Source of the DNA: Camelus dromedarius
Taxonomy: Eukaryota
Assembly (NCBI RefSeq): GCF_036321535.1
Contig: NC_087453.1
Span: 40,734,001 to 40,798,000 of the forward strand
Direction: 5' to 3'
DNA: 64,000 bases
In this document: piece after piece, positions 58,500-64,000 of the stretch
How the letters are laid out: each line of letters opens with the position of its first letter
How positions within the stretch are numbered: the stretch's first letter is position 1
The notes under the pieces: model-generated
Told to the model about the DNA's origin: nothing
The model's input: only the letters and a program-made list of their open reading frames with translations
Databases searched by the model: none
Made by a program: the position numbers and the translations under genes

Positions 58500-60030
58500 T
58501 GAAGAGATTGGACTCCAAATAAACAAAGCAATCTTAGGAAAGAAGACCAAAGTTGGAGGGCTCACATTTCTCAATCTCAAAACTTACTACAAAGCTGAAA
58601 TAGTCAAAACAGTGAGGAGCTGACATAAGCCTAGACTTCTAGATCAATGGGATAAAATTGAGAGTCCAGAAATAAGCCTGTACATCTATGGCCAAGTGAT
58701 TTTCAACAAAGATCCCATTGTCCATTGTTCTACAATGGCCATTGCCAAGACCATTGAATGGGGAAAGAATAGTCTCTTCAACAAATGATACTGGGACAAC
58801 TGGTTGTCCACACATAAAAGGGTCATATTAGACCTTCTCTTCCACCATATACAAATATTAACTCAAAATGGATCAAAGACATAACAATAAAAGCTAAAAC
58901 TATAAAACCTTTAGGAAAAAACCCACAAAGGTGAAACTCCATGACCTTTGATTTTGCAATGGACTCTTAGATGTGATAGAAAAAGCAAGAACAACAAAAG
59001 AAAAAAAAAAAAAAGATTATCTATCATCAAAGTTTGAAAACTTTCACTCCTCAAAGGACACTATCAAGAAAGTGGAAAGACAACCCACAGAATGGGGGGA
59101 ATTATTTGTAAGTTACAGATTTGAAAGAGCCTACTATCCAGAATATGTAAAGGATTCTTACAACTCAACAACAAACAGAGAAACAACAATTAAACAACAC
59201 ATAAAAATTGAGTANNNNNNNNNNNNNNNNNNNNNNNNNNNNNNNNNNNNNNNNNNNNNNNNNNNNNNNNNNNNNNNNNNNNNNNNNNNNNNNNNNNNNN
59301 NNNNNNNNNNNNNNNNNNNNNNNNNNNNNNNNNNNNNNNNNNNNNNNNNNNNAACTATAATAAACTTTAAGAAGGGAAAATAAAATTGTTAAGGAGGATA
59401 TGGAGAAATCGGAGCCCTCAAATCAGAGCTGGTGGGAACGTATGGTGTTCTAACAACTATGGAAAACAGTTTGGTGATTCCTCAGTAAGTTATGACACAG
59501 CAATTCCATTCCTAGGTATATACCCCAAGGAACTAGAAACAGATGTTCAAAGACTTGTACACAGATGTTCTTAGCAACAATATTCACAACTACCAAAAGG
59601 TATAAATAACTCAAATATCCATTAGTTGATGAGTGGAAAAATAGAATAGAGTATCTCTATATAATGGAATAGTATTCACCCATTAAAAAAGAGTGAGGAA
59701 CTAATACATGTTACAGCATGCATGAACTTTGACAACATGCACTAAATGAAAGAAGCCAGACAAAAAAAGCCATGCCATTGTGTGACTCCATTTATATCAG
59801 ATATCCAGAGTAGGAAAATCTGTAGATACAGAAAGCAAATTTGTGGTTGTCAGGGGCTAGGGTAGAGAAGAGGATGAGGAGTGACTGCTTAATAGGGAAG
59901 GGATGTCCTACTTGGGTGATGAAAATGTTCTGCAACTAGATAGTCGTGATGGTCGCACCATGTTGTGAACGTACTAATTGCCACCACACTGTACACGAAA
60001 ATGATTAAAATGGTAAAAACAAAAATTAAA
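58500..60030 (+). mobile_element. L1 (L1MB-like) ORF2 3' part and 3' UTR, containing an N gap
   Basis: CAAAACTTACTACAAAGCT, GAATAGTCTCTTCAACAAATG, AAGACAACCCACAGAATGGG, CAGCAATTCCATTCCTAGGTATATACCCAA, GGGTGATGAAAATGTTCTGCAACTAGATAG. The ORFs at 58973-59574 are degraded ORF2 pieces. Confidence 0.92.
59215..59352. other. Assembly gap (138 N)
   Basis: Run of N. Confidence 1.
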
Positions 60031-60159
60031 AATTAAAAATCAATGAAAAGTTTTGCAGATTTTTCAGGCAGGGACCAAAACAGTCGTGCTTTATGTTTTC
60101 TATATGAAATACTTCTGCAACAGCAGGATAAGTGATACTTAGTATTAGCGAGGATCCTA

Positions 60160-60390
60160 GGTAATAACAGAGCACTCGCTACACACAAGGACTGTTCTAA
60201 GTGTTTTGCGTGGATTTGCTCATGAATCACTGTAACTCTATGAAATAAGTACTCTTTCTCTCTTTTTTTATCATGAGGAAACTGAGATAGAGAATGTTTA
60301 AGTGACTACATAAGGTCGTATACTTAATAAGTGTTCAGTAAGGGGTTTGATTCCAGTTGGTCTGTTTCCAAAACCAGAGCTCTTAACTAG
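60160..60390 (-). mobile_element. MIR SINE, near full length
   Basis: CTGTTCTAAGTGTTTTGC...CATGAGGAAACTGAGATAGAG...CCAAAACCAGAGCTCTTAACTA. Confidence 0.82.
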
Positions 60391-61579
60391 GACAGTGTAT
60401 TGTCTCTGCAACAGAAAATGAAACCAAACAGATAATATTTCAGCCTCATTTCTGATTAGAAGATGTTGGGAAAGTTGTGCACAAAATCTGTATTACCGTT
60501 GTATTGTTACAGCTTTGTGTAGCTAAAAAAAAAAAATTCTTTGGAAGAGCAGAAATCTCCTAGCCTGTGCCTGATATTAACAAAACAGTAATACATGCTA
60601 AGGGTTAGCTGTTTATTTTATTGTCTCTAAGCATTTGCCGTCAAGTTACCTGATAATAGTTCCTGTATATTTGTTTCAGTTATTTGCTAATTACTGTGAT
60701 TTTCTCACCACACCTCTATATTTCTTTTTGCCCTTATCAAGTGTTATTCTTCCATTTCTCAAATCAAGGTTGAAATTTAGGAATACATATGGTTGCTTTT
60801 TGGTCTATAGGAGAGTATTTTAAAAGTCAGTTTTCTGAAAGCTGTTTGGTCAAATCATTTATAAAAGGTAAAATATAATTAAGGCAGAATAATTTCAAAC
60901 AATTCAGCCATGGTGAAATATGTCTAAAGACTAAATATAAGGTATAAAACACTCCTTTTTGGTCATAAGAATAACTTTGGTCATAGAAGAAGTTGTTTGT
61001 ATTTGGTAACTCCCTTAAACCTCAAGGTGGTCTAATAAATTATTTTTTAAAATGGGCACCTTTGATTCCTTCTACCTTATCTAAAAACAAAACAAAATCC
61101 ATTTCAGCTTCAGTCTCTAGTCCCTTCCCTCCTTTATTTTTCCCTTATTGAAATATAAATGCCATGAGGCCTGGAACTTTTTATTTCCTCTGTGTCATCA
61201 GTGCCTAGAAAAATAGTTGGTACATGGAGGGATTTGAAGTAAAAATGGTTAATAAATATATTTAAATATTCACTTAACTATTAAAATATGCAAGTGGAAT
61301 CAATAGCAAATAGCATTTTTTTACCCATAAAATTTATAAAACCTTAAAATCATAATATTCAGCTCTATGGATGAATGATGCAGTAGCTAAATCAGTGAAA
61401 TTAGGAGACAGATAAAATCCACAAACTCCATAACCTGTAGAAGGGCTGTCAAAAGTAGTTGAGATCAGACGTGAACTGCAGAGGGTGAATTTTGGGACGA
61501 GACCCAGTGAGTACAAAAAAGAGCTCATGATGATAGAAATACAAAGTTACATCCTCTATTTTTCTTTCTTCTAAATGGT

Positions 61580-62650
61580 GTGTAGAACTGAGGTAAGCAA
61601 TTCTACTTCTGGAAATTTAACTGACAGACCTAATAATCAGATGATAAACACCAGTATAGCCACACAAGTTTAAGTATATTTTGAATATTAATCTGATATA
61701 AATACAAAGATAGGTTTGCATATATGTGAAGTAATATCTTTTGAGTATTAATCATTGTAGCAGCTTTTTATCAAGAGCAAAACATTGGAAGAAAGCCAAA
61801 TACCAATCAGTAGAAGGAAGACTGGCTGAGTAAATTATGGTACAAGCATACAGTGGAATACTATGCAACCATAAATAAAAGAATGGACAATCTCTTAAGT
61901 ACTGCTATACAAATAACTATAAACTATATTATTAAGTGCAAAAAGCAAGATATAGCATGGTGTTTAGTGTATGCTACCCTTTATGGAAAAAGGGATGAAA
62001 TATTTACTCATATACTCATAGATAAAATCTGAAGTACTATATATATTAAAAACAGGGTTAACTGAGGGGTAGAAGAGGTGAATAAGATAGCCATAGGAGG
62101 AAGAATTTTTACTGTTTACTTTTTATTCATATTATAGTGATATAAAAACAACTTATAAGACAAACAAATGTATGATCTACTCAAAAATTAAATGTTAAAA
62201 AGCTAGAAAAAATGGGATGTGTAGAAATGCATGTTTTCAGGTTGAAGGAAATAATATATACAGGCTTTTGTTTGTGGGAGCTTTGTCATAATGGTATTAG
62301 GTTAAAAGATAATTAAGGATGTATACAAATATTTACTGCCAGATACATACATTGTGCTACTGTTTACACTGAATAAATATTGGAAGTGCCCCAAATACCG
62401 TGACAGATTCACACAATGAAATACCATCAGCAATGAAAATAGTACTGTAAAATAATGGCTAAAGATATGGGAGTGCATTCACAGTGTATTGTTAAGGGGG
62501 AGGGTAGGAGAAGCAAGTGAGATAACTCAAAGAAGAACTCCATATCCATAAAATAAAAAGTTTGGAAGCATGCAAACGAGCTTATTCACACATAAGGAGA
62601 AGGAACTCTAAGGATACTCACCACTGGTCACTGTGGTTCTCTTACAGTAG
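61580..62650 (+). mobile_element. Old L1ME 3' fragments
   Basis: GCAATTCTACTTCTGGAAATTTA...AAATACCAATCAGTAG...AAATTATGGTACAAGCATACAGTGGAATACTATGCAACCAT; further L1ME-like pieces to ~62650. Confidence 0.65.
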
Positions 62651-62724
62651 TGGCATGACCGGTGAGTTTTTTACTATCTGTAATCTCTAAATAGATGAGA
62701 ACAGAAACAAAATAAAAAGAAAAT

Positions 62725-62925
62725 AGCCTCCACATTTATTGAAGGCTTTGAATGGGCTATGCTGCCTATAAGGTTTTTCATGACCATGGTCTCTTACATT
62801 TCTTAAAACCACTCAAGGTAGGTATCATTAACCATTTTACAGACGGAAAATCTGAGGCTCAGAGAGACTGAGTAACTGACGCAATACTGCACAGCGAGAG
62901 TCAGATGCAAACCCAGGTCTTCCCG
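62725..62925 (-). mobile_element. MIR SINE
   Basis: CCATTTTACAGACGGAAAATCTGAGGCTCAGAGAG..AGTAACTG. Confidence 0.82.
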
Positions 62926-62987
62926 CATCCACCACTTCTTTCTTGATCATCCTGCTACATCATTCAAGGAAACACTGCTTCCAACTG

Positions 62988-62988
<1 letters not shown>

Positions 62989-63021
<33 letters not shown>
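62989..63021. repeat. (AAC)11 microsatellite
   Basis: Direct read. Confidence 0.95.
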
Positions 63022-63022
<1 letters not shown>

Positions 63023-64000
63023 TTCCCACTAGTTTTCTTTTTAAGTGGCAAATCTTTGCCTTGGTTTTCAGAACTTATGTTTTTGTGGGGTGTACTAATC
63101 ATGCTCAAGCATGCCCTGATAGTAATTTAAACAATCTTGCACATGTGAATTATTTCCTGTTTTTTTACAGTAGATAAAATATGTTAATTTGTGTAAATGG
63201 TCTTCTGGGTGCAGATGCTCACACTGAAAGCAGGCTTATCTTCAAAGCCGCTTGTCTTTCATTTCAGGCTTCTTTTATGTGCATAGTTTATTTTTCTAAT
63301 GCTGTCTCAATATAGGAATAATTTTAGGGAGGCATTTGTGACTAAATGAAAGAAACAACAGCTCTCTTGGCTTTGGTAAATATTAATGAGCTCATAGAAA
63401 ATCTTGTTACTGAAGGGCGGCACTCTTTTGAGATTTTTCTGCCATCTTGGCCCTTTGTGGGCCCTGCTCCTTTGTTCAGATTAGCACACTGGTGTGTGCG
63501 TGCACTTGTGAGTTCTGCTTCAGCTCTTTTGTGTGCGCAGACGGAAGGCTCACCTAGGCCTATTATCAGGAATGTCTAGGCATCTTAATAATATATTGGA
63601 TTTCAGTGGAGAAAAAGCAAATCGTTCAGAAATAATTAATCTGACTTATTCATTTCAGAGTTTCACCACCAAAGGGACAGTGTTCATTTCTGATCATGTA
63701 TATATTGCCATCATTAACAAAGGGAAATCTAACTTTTATTAATTTTTGAGTGAGGAGAAGCTTAGAGTTTGAATTATATATGTCAATATTCACACATACA
63801 TTGTATGTATAAAATTATTGTATCACATGTACCATTTGATTTAGGCACTCTATTTTATTTTACACAATATACTATGTATTAAAATTAGTGTATAAATTAG
63901 TTTTACTTCATAAGTGATAATATTTTTAATTGTGTTGAGTCATAGGGAACTCAGAGAAAATAATATTTGGCTTGTTATTACCTCACTGGTCATCCTATAA

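Larger units (their letters stand above)
8082..64000 (+). other. MACROD2: MACROD2 intron downstream of exon 5 (5' part of a very long intron)
   Basis: Starts at the GTGAGT donor. The next exon (YVIHTVGP...) is not in the window, consistent with the >500-kb human intron 5. Confidence 0.85.

Noticed and set aside
58973-59574. ORFs with L1 ORF2-like words
   Set aside because: Frameshifted remnants of a truncated L1 crossing an N gap.
1-64000. CRISPR arrays, operons, non-retroviral endogenous viral genes
   Set aside because: No spaced direct-repeat arrays and no long ORF or motif that I recognise as viral or prokaryotic; a tblastn against viral proteins would be needed to exclude very degraded elements.

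Overview
Mammalian genomic DNA from a camelid (two Vic-1-type tRNA-derived SINEs), from an assembly with three short N gaps. The only recognisable host coding sequence is one 117-nt internal exon of MACROD2 (+ strand, 7965-8081, orthologous to human exon 5, carrying the macrodomain D102/H106 region). It is flanked by the 3' end of the upstream intron and the first ~56 kb of the very long downstream intron. The rest is old interspersed repeats (MIR, L2, L1, MaLR MLT1, LTR33, MER58A, MER5A, Charlie) and microsatellites. There is also a ~5-kb antisense ERV-L-class provirus remnant (MER21-type LTR, tRNA-Leu PBS, gag, pro, RNase H, integrase, dUTPase-like) that lacks the RT core and the 3' LTR. I see no CRISPR array, rRNA or true tRNA gene, and no clear wholly new biological system. 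The best leads are: (i) a CpG-rich patch ~550 bp upstream of the exon whose splice sites and open frame would give an in-frame cassette or alternative first exon; (ii) the RT-less ERV-L; (iii) a candidate truncating alternative last exon at ~20.9 kb; (iv) several repeat-free, CpG-retaining enhancer-like blocks. Repeat family names come from my recall of consensus sequences, not from a search, and repeat boundaries are approximate unless TSDs are given.
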